Shown here in pieces: positions 1 through 9,426 of a DNA stretch of 64,000 bases (position 1 is its first letter; each line of letters begins with the position of its first letter). Source of the stretch: an uncultured Dehalococcoidia bacterium (GTDB lineage: Bacteria; Chloroflexota; Dehalococcoidia; Lucifugimonadales; Australimonadaceae); the NCBI GenBank assembly GCA_937901475.1, contig CALGTL010000162.1, positions 441 through 64,440 on the forward strand, given 5' to 3'. The notes below the pieces were generated by a model. That model had not been told where the DNA came from, searched no databases, and saw only the letters and a list, made by a program, of their open reading frames with translations. The position numbers were made by a program, and so were the translations under genes.

Positions 1-1176
1 TCCAGCGCGCGTACGTCCGCGCGCTTTACGATTCCACCCTGGCACAAGACCGAACATCGTGACAGATGGACCTGGTTTAATCTCTGCGACATTAACTTCA
101 ACACCGTGTTGCGCAAGGGTCTCCTCGATCACACCTGCTGTTGCATGATGTACTTCGGTGACTGCCCCTGCACTCACACCAGCAGCTAACTGCCCCGTGT
201 TTGGCAAGCACCAAGCTGCGGCCACCCTTCCAGCACCACGGCGCGTTGAAGGAGGAACTGAGGCAGACTCTTGCGTAAGATTGGCGTTGCGATGCTTCGG
301 TGAAGACCTGGGTTTCCCCTCAGTCGCTGACGGAGTAAGGACCTCCGAGGGTGCCAGGGTAGCTGAAGGCTCGTTGGCTTGATTAAACGAGTCATTCAAA
401 CGCTCGTCACTACCACATAGAAAAGGCTGGTCCTCTCCCAACGGCGACGGCGCACGCACGGAGGAGGGCTCTCCCGGTTGAGTTGATGACAGGAAATCAC
501 CTAGCTCTCTACCCAATGCGCCATCCTGGCGTGAGGCCTGTCGATTGCGAGCCGTTTTTACGGCAGCTCCACTTCCACGAGCGAGTGCAGTGCTGCCACC
601 TTTGGCGGCTTTCGCTCCGCCCTTGAAAGCCATGCGTACCAGTTTTCCTAGTATGCGGTGTACCGGAACAAAGCGATAAGCCTGCGCGGTACCAATTGCG
701 GTTTTCCTTGCTCCTTTACCAGAGCCACGCAATAGTCGGTTGGTAAGCATTGGAAGCGTGAACCAAATACCAAACGCGGTCACTGCGCCCACCCGGATGT
801 AAGCCAGTAGCTCGTTGGGCCCGCGCACTTCATGCCCCAAAGAGCCACCTAGGCTCGCGGTACCCACCAGAGGAAGGTCATACGTGAAGTAGCTAAGCGC
901 CCCTTGTATGCCTGTGACCAAGAGGAATGATCCGAAAAGCAATCGCCATTTCTTGATTAGAAGAAAAGGTTTCTTCAGGAGCACTACCAGCAAAGCAATG
1001 CCAAGCGCGGCTATAGCGGCGACACCAGCGCCTGCCTGTATGAGTATCTCTTCTGCTAGGTCACGAGTCGGATCAACCAGCCATGCGGGCTGTGACGTAA
1101 CCGCATAGGTACCGAAAGTAACGCCACCCAGCAGAAGTAGTAACTTAACTGGTATCAGCCGGAACATGAAAAACAT
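1..1176 (-). CDS. ftsK: DNA translocase FtsK/SpoIIIE, N-terminal part (the gene runs off the left edge of the window)
   Basis: Absent from the ORF track because it has no stop codon in the window. My own minus-strand translation from ATG 1176 stays open to base 1 (392 codons). It begins MFFMFRLIPVKLLLLLGG with hydrophobic segments, continues through a long Pro/Ser/Ala-rich linker, and ends ...VIEETLAQHGVEVNVAEIKPGPSVTMFGLVPGWN, which is typical of the start of the FtsK alpha domain. Confidence 0.75.
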   Translation of the reverse strand, partial: MFFMFRLIPVKLLLLLGGVTFGTYAVTSQPAWLVDPTRDLAEEILIQAGAGVAAIAALGIALLVVLLKKPFLLIKKWRLLFGSFLLVTGIQGALSYFTYDLPLVGTASLGGSLGHEVRGPNELLAYIRVGAVTAFGIWFTLPMLTNRLLRGSGKGARKTAIGTAQAYRFVPVHRILGKLVRMAFKGGAKAAKGGSTALARGSGAAVKTARNRQASRQDGALGRELGDFLSSTQPGEPSSVRAPSPLGEDQPFLCGSDERLNDSFNQANEPSATLAPSEVLTPSATEGKPRSSPKHRNANLTQESASVPPSTRRGAGRVAAAWCLPNTGQLAAGVSAGAVTEVHHATAGVIEETLAQHGVEVNVAEIKPGPSVTMFGLVPGWNRKARGRTRAG

Positions 1177-1239
1177 CAATCTTACGATACCCCAATTATC
1201 CGAAAAAGGGAGGAGGGTTCGCCTGGTGCTTTGGTGGGA

Positions 1240-2895
1240 CTAGATATCGAGCAAGAGGGTCACAATCATCGGGCGACGACCGGTTTCCTTGAAGAGGAAG
1301 CTCCCCAGTGCCTCGCGCACCCGTGCATTGATGTAATCCTCTTCCAGCGGTATTTTCGCGGCCAACCGAAGCGTGTCCCCAACCAACTCAATAGCGTCGT
1401 CCACTAATTCCTCAGATTCATCCATATCAATGAACCCACTGGATGCGATTTCTGGTTCCCCGGCAAGGCCGCCTGTGGTTTCATCCAGTGTCAACGCCAC
1501 GACCACGAAGCCATCGCGAGCAAGATGGCGTCGGTCCCGAAGCACTGCGCTTCCCATGTTCCAAAGGCGTACTCCGTCAACAAACACGTGGCCTGCAGGC
1601 AAGTGTTCGACAACTTCAGCGCTGTCTTCGGTAATCTCTAGAACGTCTCCATCCTCAAGCACCATGATATTTTCGTGTGCCACATCCATAATTTCCGCAA
1701 GACCTGCGTGAGCACTAAGCATGCGGTACTCACCATGAATTGGCACAAAATATTTTGGCTTAATCAGATTGAGCATTAATTTGAGCTCTTCCTGGCTCGC
1801 GTGGCCTTGAACGTGCACGTCGGCCTGCCGCCGCGTAATCACCTTTGCACCTTGTCGTGTGAGGTTATTAATCACATCTGATACTTTAGTTTCATTACCA
1901 GGGATTGTGCTCGCTGACAGGATGACTGTGTCTCCCTCTTGAATCTGGATATCCCGGCTGTGCCGGCGTGCGACACGGGCAAGAACCGCGAGCGGCTCGC
2001 CTTGAGCGCCCGTGAGAACGAGGACTTGCCTCTCCGGAGGAAGCGCTGAAAGTTCATCGACGTTCATAATGACGCCCGGAGGTACCTTTAGGTACCCTTT
2101 CGCAAGCGCCATATTGACGTTGTTCACCATACTCCGACCAGCGAATGCGATATTACGACCGTGCTCAACCGCAGCGTCCGCGATTTGTTGCACGCGTGAA
2201 ATCAACGATGCGAACGTTGCCACCATCACCCGTCCTTCCGCGCGGCCTATCGCGATATCAAGTGCGTCGGAAACGATCTGCTCTGACGGGGTATAGCCAG
2301 GATTCTCAGCGTAAGTGGAATCGGACAGCAGCAGTAATACGCCCTCTTGTCCTAGCTCCGCTAGCCGATGAAGCTCCGTAGGGTGCCCATCCACTGGAGT
2401 GTGGTCTATTTTAAAATCTCCCGAATGAACAATAATCCCTGCATCTGTATGCAGCGCGATACCACAAGCATCCGGTATCGAGTGGCAGACACGGAAGAAT
2501 TCCGCCGTGATCCCTCCTAGTTTGATGCTTTCTCCAGCCTGTACCTCGAACAGATCATACTTGCCTACACCAGTGTTTTCCCTGAGCTTGACGTCCACGA
2601 GGTCACGAGCCAGCGGTGGCGCGTAGACAGGCACGTTTAGCTCGCGCAACAGGAAGGGCAGTGCACCCACATGGTCTTCGTGACCATGGGTGATAAGCAC
2701 CGCGCGAACCCTGTCTTGGTTCTTCTTGAGGTAAGTCATATCAGGGATGACCAAATCAACACCAAGCATGTCTTCTTTCGGGAACATCAAGCCTGCGTCG
2801 ATAACAACGATGTCTTCACCGTACTCGACGACCATCATATTTTTACCAACTTCACCGAGTCCCCCAAGGGGGATGATACGAATAGGGTTTGCCAT
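1240..2895 (-). CDS. rnj: Ribonuclease J (metallo-beta-lactamase / beta-CASP family)
   Basis: 551 aa. N-terminus IRIIPLGGLGEVGKNMMVVEY, metallo-beta-lactamase motif LITHGHEDHVGALP, and a length typical of RNase J. ATG start at 2895. Confidence 0.92.
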   Translation of the reverse strand: MANPIRIIPLGGLGEVGKNMMVVEYGEDIVVIDAGLMFPKEDMLGVDLVIPDMTYLKKNQDRVRAVLITHGHEDHVGALPFLLRELNVPVYAPPLARDLVDVKLRENTGVGKYDLFEVQAGESIKLGGITAEFFRVCHSIPDACGIALHTDAGIIVHSGDFKIDHTPVDGHPTELHRLAELGQEGVLLLLSDSTYAENPGYTPSEQIVSDALDIAIGRAEGRVMVATFASLISRVQQIADAAVEHGRNIAFAGRSMVNNVNMALAKGYLKVPPGVIMNVDELSALPPERQVLVLTGAQGEPLAVLARVARRHSRDIQIQEGDTVILSASTIPGNETKVSDVINNLTRQGAKVITRRQADVHVQGHASQEELKLMLNLIKPKYFVPIHGEYRMLSAHAGLAEIMDVAHENIMVLEDGDVLEITEDSAEVVEHLPAGHVFVDGVRLWNMGSAVLRDRRHLARDGFVVVALTLDETTGGLAGEPEIASSGFIDMDESEELVDDAIELVGDTLRLAAKIPLEEDYINARVREALGSFLFKETGRRPMIVTLLLDI

Positions 2896-3068
2896 AACTC
2901 CAAATTTCTGGTGCCCGCAGGCACCTGACCAGTCGCACCGCTTCTAGCGTCGATGCTAACCATGTTTAATTGTTGCAAAGGCGGCTCATCTGCCTCTGCC
3001 AGCTGTCCGGCTAGTGCTCGACGACAATATCGTCCGCTTCAACCACAGGGAGGATCTCAAGAAGCATT

Positions 3069-3719
3069 TCATTCGGCATCGACATAGTCACCTCTGCCAG
3101 CGAATTCCCCATGAGAGAGCTCCGCGAGCAACGCGCCTAGTTTTGCGAAATCATCGACGACTGTCGACCGCAACCCGCCGTTGTGAAGTGCCGCTGCCGG
3201 GTGATACAGCGGAAACAACGTAATACCATCAAATACCTTCGGCTGCGCCCTCAGCTTACCGATAGGCTCCCCGGGGAACCAACGCGCCAGTGCATAACGC
3301 CCTAGCGGGACGATAATCTTCGGCGCAATCTCTGCAATTTGCTCGTCGAGGTAGTGCCGACAGGCTTCGATCTCAGCAGGCAACGGATTGCGATTTTCAG
3401 GAGGGCGACACTTCACTATATTAGTGATGAATACATCCTCTCGGTGCAAACCGATGGATTCCAGCAGGTGAGTAAGGAAATGACCAGCCGCACCTATGAA
3501 AGGGCGCCCTTGCTTATCTTCATTCAAGCCAGGGCCTTCACCCACAAACATTATCTGGGCGTGCGTGAAGCCTTCACCAGGTACCGCATTAGTCCGTTCC
3601 TGGCATAGATCGCAATCTTTGCATGTCTTAATCGCCTGGTGGATGACATCTAAGCCAGCCAATAGTCGATCCTTTTCGCCGGAACTAGTCCGAGTAGCCC
3701 TTGCTCTTGATGAAATCAA
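3069..3719 (-). CDS. Uracil-DNA glycosylase, family 4 (Fe-S type)
   Basis: Contains the CKDCDLC cysteine cluster, motif A GEGPG and motif B-like YHPAAALH. The track start at 3719 is a TTG that overlaps the acpP 3' end by 35 nt. An in-frame TTG at 3662 would remove the overlap, so the start is uncertain. Confidence 0.85.
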   Translation of the reverse strand: MISSRARATRTSSGEKDRLLAGLDVIHQAIKTCKDCDLCQERTNAVPGEGFTHAQIMFVGEGPGLNEDKQGRPFIGAAGHFLTHLLESIGLHREDVFITNIVKCRPPENRNPLPAEIEACRHYLDEQIAEIAPKIIVPLGRYALARWFPGEPIGKLRAQPKVFDGITLFPLYHPAAALHNGGLRSTVVDDFAKLGALLAELSHGEFAGRGDYVDAE

Positions 3720-3942
3720 CCGCGCTCTGGATAGTTCGGATGCTCTCCGCGTCTTCGTCGGAAATTTTCAACGGCTCTGCGCCGTCAGCAAATTCCTCCT
3801 CGAACGCCATAATCAGTTCAACCAAATCCAGTGAATCCGCGTTCAGGTCATCCGTAAATGACGCCTCTGGGACCACTGCTGACTCTTCTGAACCGAGTCG
3901 GTCTACCACTACTGCTTTCACTCTATCGAGGACACTCGCCAT
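3685..3942 (-). CDS. acpP: Acyl carrier protein
   Basis: 85 aa, acidic, with the phosphopantetheine attachment motif [20 protein letters not shown]. Confidence 0.9.
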   Translation of the reverse strand: MASVLDRVKAVVVDRLGSEESAVVPEASFTDDLNADSLDLVELIMAFEEEFADGAEPLKISDEDAESIRTIQSAVDFIKSKGYSD

Positions 3943-3954
3943 GGGGTCTCCTAA

Positions 3955-4428
3955 TCAGCTGATGTCGTACTCATCCACAGGGGTCAGCCCCTCTAGGGCC
4001 GCCCCCAATACACCGTTGACGAAGCGCGAAGACGCTGCTCCACCAAATTCCTTTGCCAATTCTACCGCTTCGTTAATCGCAACCTTTGGCGGGACATCGG
4101 ACCCAGGTAACATCTCAAACAGCGCGAGTCTAAGGACGTTCCTGTCCACCGGCGATAGCTGGCCTATTGGCCACATCGGCGCGTTAATCTCAATCAGTTC
4201 ATCTACTCGCGACATAGATGCCATAACACCTTGCACTACCGTGTTCGCCATCTCAATTACACGATGAGAGGCCGCAGTCGCCTCTGCGTGGGTCGCGATC
4301 GACATATGCCACTCGTGGCCTGTTACATCAATTTCGTACAGCACCTGGAGCGCTAGGGAGCGCGCCTTGTGTTGGTGGGTCTTAGGCTTCTTGGTCCGGC
4401 CGCCCGCAGGCGTTGTTCGTGTCTCCAT
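3955..4428 (-). CDS. nusB: Transcription antitermination factor NusB
   Basis: 157 aa. The ARSLALQVLYEIDV... pattern and overall helical profile are typical of NusB, preceded by a basic N-terminal tail. Confidence 0.85.
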   Translation of the reverse strand: METRTTPAGGRTKKPKTHQHKARSLALQVLYEIDVTGHEWHMSIATHAEATAASHRVIEMANTVVQGVMASMSRVDELIEINAPMWPIGQLSPVDRNVLRLALFEMLPGSDVPPKVAINEAVELAKEFGGAASSRFVNGVLGAALEGLTPVDEYDIS

Positions 4429-4442
4429 GTATGCTTTGCAGC

Positions 4443-5366
4443 TTACGTCAGGGCGGCAAGAGCGTCTAGGTCTCCAATCGCCATCGTTTCAGCACCTACC
4501 ACGATGCGTTTGATCAAGCCCGTCAGCGCTTTCCCTGGGCCGATTTCCACGTACCGCTCTACTCCATCTGCCGCCATGTATTCGATAGACTGCTGCCAGT
4601 AGACACACCCGCAGAGTTGGTCTGCGAGCTCGGCGCGGATTTCATTGCCGCTCCCGAGGGGCATCCCTGTCGTGTTCCCAATCACCGGTACTGCTGGTGT
4701 TGCAAATACGGTCTCGGCAAAAAGCTGATCCATCTCGTCCTGCGCGGGCCGCATGACTTCGGTGTGGAATGCACCCGCCACATCCAGCGGTAGCGCTCGG
4801 CGCGCGCCCGCCTCCTTGGCTCGCTCTATCGCCGCTGCTAATGAAGCAGCAGGTCCTGCTATGACAATCTGCTGCTCGCTATTGGCATTGGCTACCTGGG
4901 CTCCCGTGCCCTCGCAAGCCGCCCGCGCAGCTTCTAACGTCAGGCCAATGAGGGCGGCCATTCCACTAGGTGTAGCCTCTGCTGCTGCCTGCATTAGCTC
5001 GCCACGACGGCGCACCAAGCGCAAAGCCTGGGCAAAATCCAGCGAACCAGCGGCCACTAGCGCGGTGTACTCACCGAGGCTATGACCAGCGACATAGGCG
5101 GGCTCGGGCATCAAATCCCGGGTGTGTTCTTCCAACGCACGAAGGAGGGCAACGCTTGCAGTAAGGATTGCTGGCTGAGCGTTATGGGATCGGAGCAACT
5201 CGTCGGGAGGCCCTTCGAGGATGACCCTGCTCAGACTGGTGCCTAGGGCATCATCTGCTTCTTCAAACACTGCATTGGCAGCAGGGGATGCGATGACGAC
5301 ATCAGCAGCCATGCCAACCTCTTGGGCACCTTGACCAGGGAATACGAACGCAGTAATGGCACTCAT
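4443..5366 (-). CDS. fabD: Malonyl CoA-ACP transacylase
   Basis: 307 aa, with FVFPGQGAQEVGM and the active-site motif GHSLGEYTALVAAG. Confidence 0.92.
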   Translation of the reverse strand: MSAITAFVFPGQGAQEVGMAADVVIASPAANAVFEEADDALGTSLSRVILEGPPDELLRSHNAQPAILTASVALLRALEEHTRDLMPEPAYVAGHSLGEYTALVAAGSLDFAQALRLVRRRGELMQAAAEATPSGMAALIGLTLEAARAACEGTGAQVANANSEQQIVIAGPAASLAAAIERAKEAGARRALPLDVAGAFHTEVMRPAQDEMDQLFAETVFATPAVPVIGNTTGMPLGSGNEIRAELADQLCGCVYWQQSIEYMAADGVERYVEIGPGKALTGLIKRIVVGAETMAIGDLDALAALT

Positions 5367-5480
5367 GGATAACTCGAATCACGCCTCAGATAGAGGCCGT
5401 CACGGGAAGAATCTACGCTTGGGACAAAGCATGTGTAGATACAGATTGCTCCCGGAATCAATATTCCAGGGCGTGGGTAT

Positions 5481-5669
5481 TTAAGCGAGATCGGTCTCTG
5501 CACTTAAGACGTCACGACCGCGGTAAAAACCGCAGGCAGGGCACGCGTGGTGCAGCTTCATAGGGCGGTGGCAGTGCTGGCACTCAACCACGCTAGGAAG
5601 CTTGATCGCCTGATGGGCACGGTGGGAGCCGACACTGGCCTTGGAACGCTTACGCTTTGGTACTGGCAT
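5481..5669 (-). CDS. rpmF: 50S ribosomal protein L32
   Basis: 62 aa, MPVPKRKRSKASVGSHRAH... with two Cys pairs (CQHC...CPAC) forming a zinc ribbon. Confidence 0.92.
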   Translation of the reverse strand: MPVPKRKRSKASVGSHRAHQAIKLPSVVECQHCHRPMKLHHACPACGFYRGRDVLSAETDLA

Positions 5670-5672
5670 GAA

Positions 5673-6203
5673 CTATCTCAACAACTCTCGTAACTTTCCC
5701 CATCGGGGGTCTAATTCGTCCTGGCATTCGTGGGTGTTCTCATTGAGATCCACTCCACACTGCGAACATATTCCTAAGCACTCTTCATTACATAACGGAG
5801 CCAGCAGAAGGCCAGCTAACCGATATTGCTGCAAGGTCTCGGTTAAATCCAACTCGTGATGATCATCAATGCTTCTGGTATCCGCATCCTCGGCATCACG
5901 GTCTTCTACCCGAACTCGAGCCCCCGTAGCCAAATCTACCTTAGGGAGATACTCGTCATCAATCTGCGCCGGCACAACATACTCCATCGGGTTCAAGCAC
6001 CGCGAGCACTCGCTCAAGACCATAATCTTGACGGGCCCTGAAACCCACACTCCTCGGTCAGTTTTGGTGATTTTCAAGTCACCAGTAGCTGCACCGAGCA
6101 CCATGCCATCATGGTCCAAGAGCGTACTGTTGAGGTCAAAAGACCTGGCCGCACCCACTGTCTCCTTTAGGAGTTCAGCGACGTTGATCTGTATCTCCGG
6201 CAC
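5673..6203 (-). CDS. yceD: YceD/DUF177 family protein (accessory factor linked to the large ribosomal subunit)
   Basis: 176 aa and acidic, with CSRC...C...CSQCG cysteine pairs. It sits immediately upstream of rpmF (3-nt gap), as in the classical yceD-rpmF pair. GTG start. Confidence 0.8.
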   Translation of the reverse strand: MPEIQINVAELLKETVGAARSFDLNSTLLDHDGMVLGAATGDLKITKTDRGVWVSGPVKIMVLSECSRCLNPMEYVVPAQIDDEYLPKVDLATGARVRVEDRDAEDADTRSIDDHHELDLTETLQQYRLAGLLLAPLCNEECLGICSQCGVDLNENTHECQDELDPRWGKLRELLR

Positions 6204-6264
6204 TCTCTACCTCCACGCAACCCAGGTATTGTACGCCAGGAAAGCCTGTTGAGGCTAGCCTAAC

Positions 6265-6672
6265 CTACGCCTGCCCTCGCTTATACGCTGCAATGGCCGC
6301 GTTGATAGCCGCACGGATATCCTCTGTACGAGCTCCGGGGCCGAAAATAGCCACTACTCCCATCTCCAGAAGCGCGGCTCGGTCATGCTCAGGGATAATA
6401 CCCCCCACTGCTACTGGCACCGTGTCCAGGCCCTGATCAGCGAGTGCATCCATCACGCGTGGCACCAATTCCATGTGCGCTCCAGATAGGATGCTTAGGC
6501 CCACGAGATCTGAGCCAAATTCCGCAGCTTGAGCAGCAATCTGCTGAGGAGTGTGTCGGATTCCTGTGTAAGCAACTTCGAATCCGGCATCGCGAAGAGA
6601 TCGCGCTACCATCCGCGCGCCACGATCATGACCATCCAGGCCCGGCTTTGCAATCAATACTCTGCCTGCCAC
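6265..6672 (-). CDS. Methylmalonyl-CoA mutase-type cobalamin (B12)-binding domain protein
   Basis: 135 aa, with RVLIAKPGLDGHDRGA (the DxHxxG B12-binding signature) followed by VGLSILSG. GTG start. Confidence 0.85.
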   Translation of the reverse strand: MAGRVLIAKPGLDGHDRGARMVARSLRDAGFEVAYTGIRHTPQQIAAQAAEFGSDLVGLSILSGAHMELVPRVMDALADQGLDTVPVAVGGIIPEHDRAALLEMGVVAIFGPGARTEDIRAAINAAIAAYKRGQA

Positions 6673-6674
6673 CG

Positions 6675-7103
6675 CTAGTGCTCGTCTCGCGGCTTCACAA
6701 TCTCAATCAGCACGCCATGTGTAGACGAGGGGTGGGTGAACGCAATCCGACCACCAAGCCCTTCCCGAGGGCTAACGATGATCGGAATGCCCATCGCCTC
6801 AAGCTCTTTGGCCTTCGCATCAGTATCCTCGACTGTGAACGCCATGTGATGTATGCCTTCACCGTGGCGCTCGATGAATTTCCCAATCGTCGTATCTGCT
6901 CTCAGCGGCTGTAGCAATTCGATATGCGTTTCGCCCTGGTGAATGAACGCTGCTAGAAGGCCGTGTTCTTCATTCCTAATCAACTCAGCGTCCGGCGACT
7001 GATATAGCTCACGAAACTGTTTTAGCGACGCTTTAAGGTCAGCGGTAGCAATTCCGATGTGGTTGATTGCGCCAACTTTAGTATTTGGGGTAAATAATGT
7101 CAT
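6675..7103 (-). CDS. mce: Methylmalonyl-CoA epimerase (VOC/glyoxalase fold)
   Basis: 142 aa, with INHIGIATADL... and GEGIHHMAFTVED. It lies 2 nt upstream of the B12-domain gene. AGGAG sits ahead of ATG 7103. Confidence 0.85.
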   Translation of the reverse strand: MTLFTPNTKVGAINHIGIATADLKASLKQFRELYQSPDAELIRNEEHGLLAAFIHQGETHIELLQPLRADTTIGKFIERHGEGIHHMAFTVEDTDAKAKELEAMGIPIIVSPREGLGGRIAFTHPSSTHGVLIEIVKPRDEH

Positions 7104-7297
7104 GATTGCTCCTGGGGAAACCCTCTATATCGCGGCAGGCCAACATGAGCATGGTATCGCTGAGAGCAACTGCTCGAAAGCAAGAGATCCTCATACACTA
7201 GCATTGTCGGGCTCTGGGGGTGGGCGGTGCTACAGGATATCCCTTCTTAGGTCGTTAAGATTCTTGTAAGGAAAAGCTCCAAAGTCAGGCGGTCTGC

Positions 7298-8449
7298 CTA
7301 GATAGCGTTGTCACGAAGCACAGCGCGAGATATCACCATGCGCTGGATCTCGGACGTTCCCTCATATATTTCAGTAATCCGCTGGTCTCGGTACATGCGT
7401 TCCACTGGATTCTCCCTAAAAAATCCATAGCCTCCGTGAATTTGGACTGCCTTATCCACACAGAAATGCGCAGCCTCCGACGCGTAGAGCTTGGCCATCG
7501 CCGATTCCTTATTATGCCTGTGCCCTGCATCCTTAAGTTGCGCGGACCGGCGCGTCAGCAACCGAGCCGCATCGATTTGCGTCGCCATATCAGCGAGCAT
7601 GAACTGGATTGCCTGGTGGTCCTTCAGGGGCTTCCCGAACGTCTCGCGTTGTTGTACGTAACGCACCGCCGCATCAAACGCACCTTGCGCAAGCCCAACC
7701 GATTGAGTAGCAAGCGAGATACGGCTGGAATCGATGATGGCCATAGCAATCTTGAAACCATCCCCCTCTTCTCCCAGCCGATTAGCCAACGGCACCTCGC
7801 AGTCTGTGAAGAACACATTTGCCGTACCTGAGCCCCGGATACCCATCTTCCCGTGCATTGGTATCGTCTCGAAGCCCTGTGTCTCTTTCTCCACAATGAA
7901 AGCCGTTGTCCCGCGAGAGCCCGCAGATCGGTCGTGTGAGGTGAATACCACCATCACATCTGCCTCGGCCCCGTTGGTAATAAACGTCTTTGAGCCGTTA
8001 ATTACGTATCCTTCACCTTTCCACGTGGCAGTTGTCTGCATATCCGATGCATCACTGCCCGAGCTTGGCTCTGTAAGGCCAAATGCTCCTAATTTCTCAC
8101 CAGAGGCCATCGCAGGCAAGAAACGCGCGCGCTGCTGCGGCGAACCAAAGCGATCAATCGTTGAAGCGCTGAGCGAGATGTGCGTTAGGTGCGTCGTGCT
8201 CGTAGTCATGCAGACACGTGCGATTTCTTCATCAACGATGACCATCTCCGCGTAGCTGGCTCCCGCTCCTCCCTGGTCTGTAGCGATTGTTAGGCCCATC
8301 AGGTCCATGCGCTTCAATCCCTCCAGGCTTTCCCAAGGGAATTCTTCATTCTGGTCCCAGCGGGCTGCCAACGGCGAAAGCTCAGCCTCAGCAAAATCAC
8401 GGATCGTCTTCGCAAGCAATCGTTCATCGTCGGTGTAAAGCGCGTCCAT
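7298..8449 (-). CDS. Acyl-CoA dehydrogenase
   Basis: ACAD pattern (GLTEPSSGSDA, FITNG, QIHGGYGF, EIYEGTSEIQ). The track start at 8476 is a TTG. ATG 8449 is preceded by GAGGAG with 5-nt spacing, so I use it as the start. Confidence 0.9.
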   Translation of the reverse strand: MDALYTDDERLLAKTIRDFAEAELSPLAARWDQNEEFPWESLEGLKRMDLMGLTIATDQGGAGASYAEMVIVDEEIARVCMTTSTTHLTHISLSASTIDRFGSPQQRARFLPAMASGEKLGAFGLTEPSSGSDASDMQTTATWKGEGYVINGSKTFITNGAEADVMVVFTSHDRSAGSRGTTAFIVEKETQGFETIPMHGKMGIRGSGTANVFFTDCEVPLANRLGEEGDGFKIAMAIIDSSRISLATQSVGLAQGAFDAAVRYVQQRETFGKPLKDHQAIQFMLADMATQIDAARLLTRRSAQLKDAGHRHNKESAMAKLYASEAAHFCVDKAVQIHGGYGFFRENPVERMYRDQRITEIYEGTSEIQRMVISRAVLRDNAI

Positions 8450-8514
8450 GAGATCTCCTCGTGTATCGTCTGACAACCACTATTCTAATCGCTGACATCA
8501 GATATCCTCACCCC

Positions 8515-9330
8515 ATGGGCACGCTGTATGTCGTCACCACTCCCATAGGAAACCTAGAAGACCTCACCCTCCGGGCAATCCGCATATTATCGGAGGTCGG
8601 ACTCGTTGCGGCCGAAGATACACGGCAATCGCGCAAGCTCTTGACACACCTGGGAATCTCGAAGCGAGTCGTTAGCTACAACCAACATAACGCCCCACAA
8701 CGAACGCCTCAATTGCTGCAGTCGCTGTTGAAAGAAGATGTTGCACTCGTGACAGACGCAGGCGTACCTGCAGTCAGCGACCCCGGTGCCGACCTAGTGC
8801 GCGCCGCAGCTGAGCAGGGCACCAATGTCATCGCTATCCCGGGTCCATCAGCAGTAACAACGGCCTTGTCGGTATCAGGCATGGGCGGCGATTCGTTCAG
8901 ATTCGTCGGGTTCCCTCCCCGAGCCCGCAAGTCGCGACGCAATCTGCTAGCCGGCCTAGAAGCCGAGCCAAGTACGCTAGTTTTCTTCGAGTCGCCACAC
9001 CGTATACGAGCCCTGCTTGAGGACCTTGTTGTGGTTTTTCGCGATCGGCCGATTGCCGTCTGTCGAGAGCTTACCAAGTTCTACGAGGAGGTCTTCAGAG
9101 GGACGGCTAGCGACAGCCTTGCTCATTTCGACAACCCTCGTGGCGAGTTCGTGGTCATAGTGCAGGGGGCTCCCCATCGCAAAGAGATTCAGGTCGATAC
9201 AGCAGGTGCTCGTACAGCTCTGGCTGCGCTGAAAGCCCAGGGGCAGACGAGGCGCGACGCAGTTGTCCAGGTCACCGACGCCTTCGCCATTACCAAGCGC
9301 GAGGCCTACCGCCTCTGGCTAGAAGAGTAG
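8515..9330 (+). CDS. rsmI: 16S rRNA (cytidine1402-2'-O)-methyltransferase RsmI
   Basis: GTLYVVTTPIGNLEDLTLRAIRIL, the tetrapyrrole-methylase-like fold typical of RsmI. I use ATG 8515 rather than the track GTG at 8461, which would overlap the divergent ACAD gene. Confidence 0.9.
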   Translation: MGTLYVVTTPIGNLEDLTLRAIRILSEVGLVAAEDTRQSRKLLTHLGISKRVVSYNQHNAPQRTPQLLQSLLKEDVALVTDAGVPAVSDPGADLVRAAAEQGTNVIAIPGPSAVTTALSVSGMGGDSFRFVGFPPRARKSRRNLLAGLEAEPSTLVFFESPHRIRALLEDLVVVFRDRPIAVCRELTKFYEEVFRGTASDSLAHFDNPRGEFVVIVQGAPHRKEIQVDTAGARTALAALKAQGQTRRDAVVQVTDAFAITKREAYRLWLEE

Positions 9331-9384
9331 GTCTCATCTGTCTGATCTCTCGCGCTCACAAATCAACCTCAAAAAAACCTCCGA

Positions 9385-9393
9385 TGCTAGAAT
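9385..9393 (+). promoter_or_regulatory. Candidate extended -10 element (TGcTAGAAT) upstream of metG
   Basis: TGCTAGAAT at 9385-9393, 34 nt upstream of the metG ATG. No good -35 is visible. Confidence 0.3.
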
Positions 9394-9426
9394 GGCGTCA
9401 CCTCTCACCGTACGAGTGTTTCCTCT

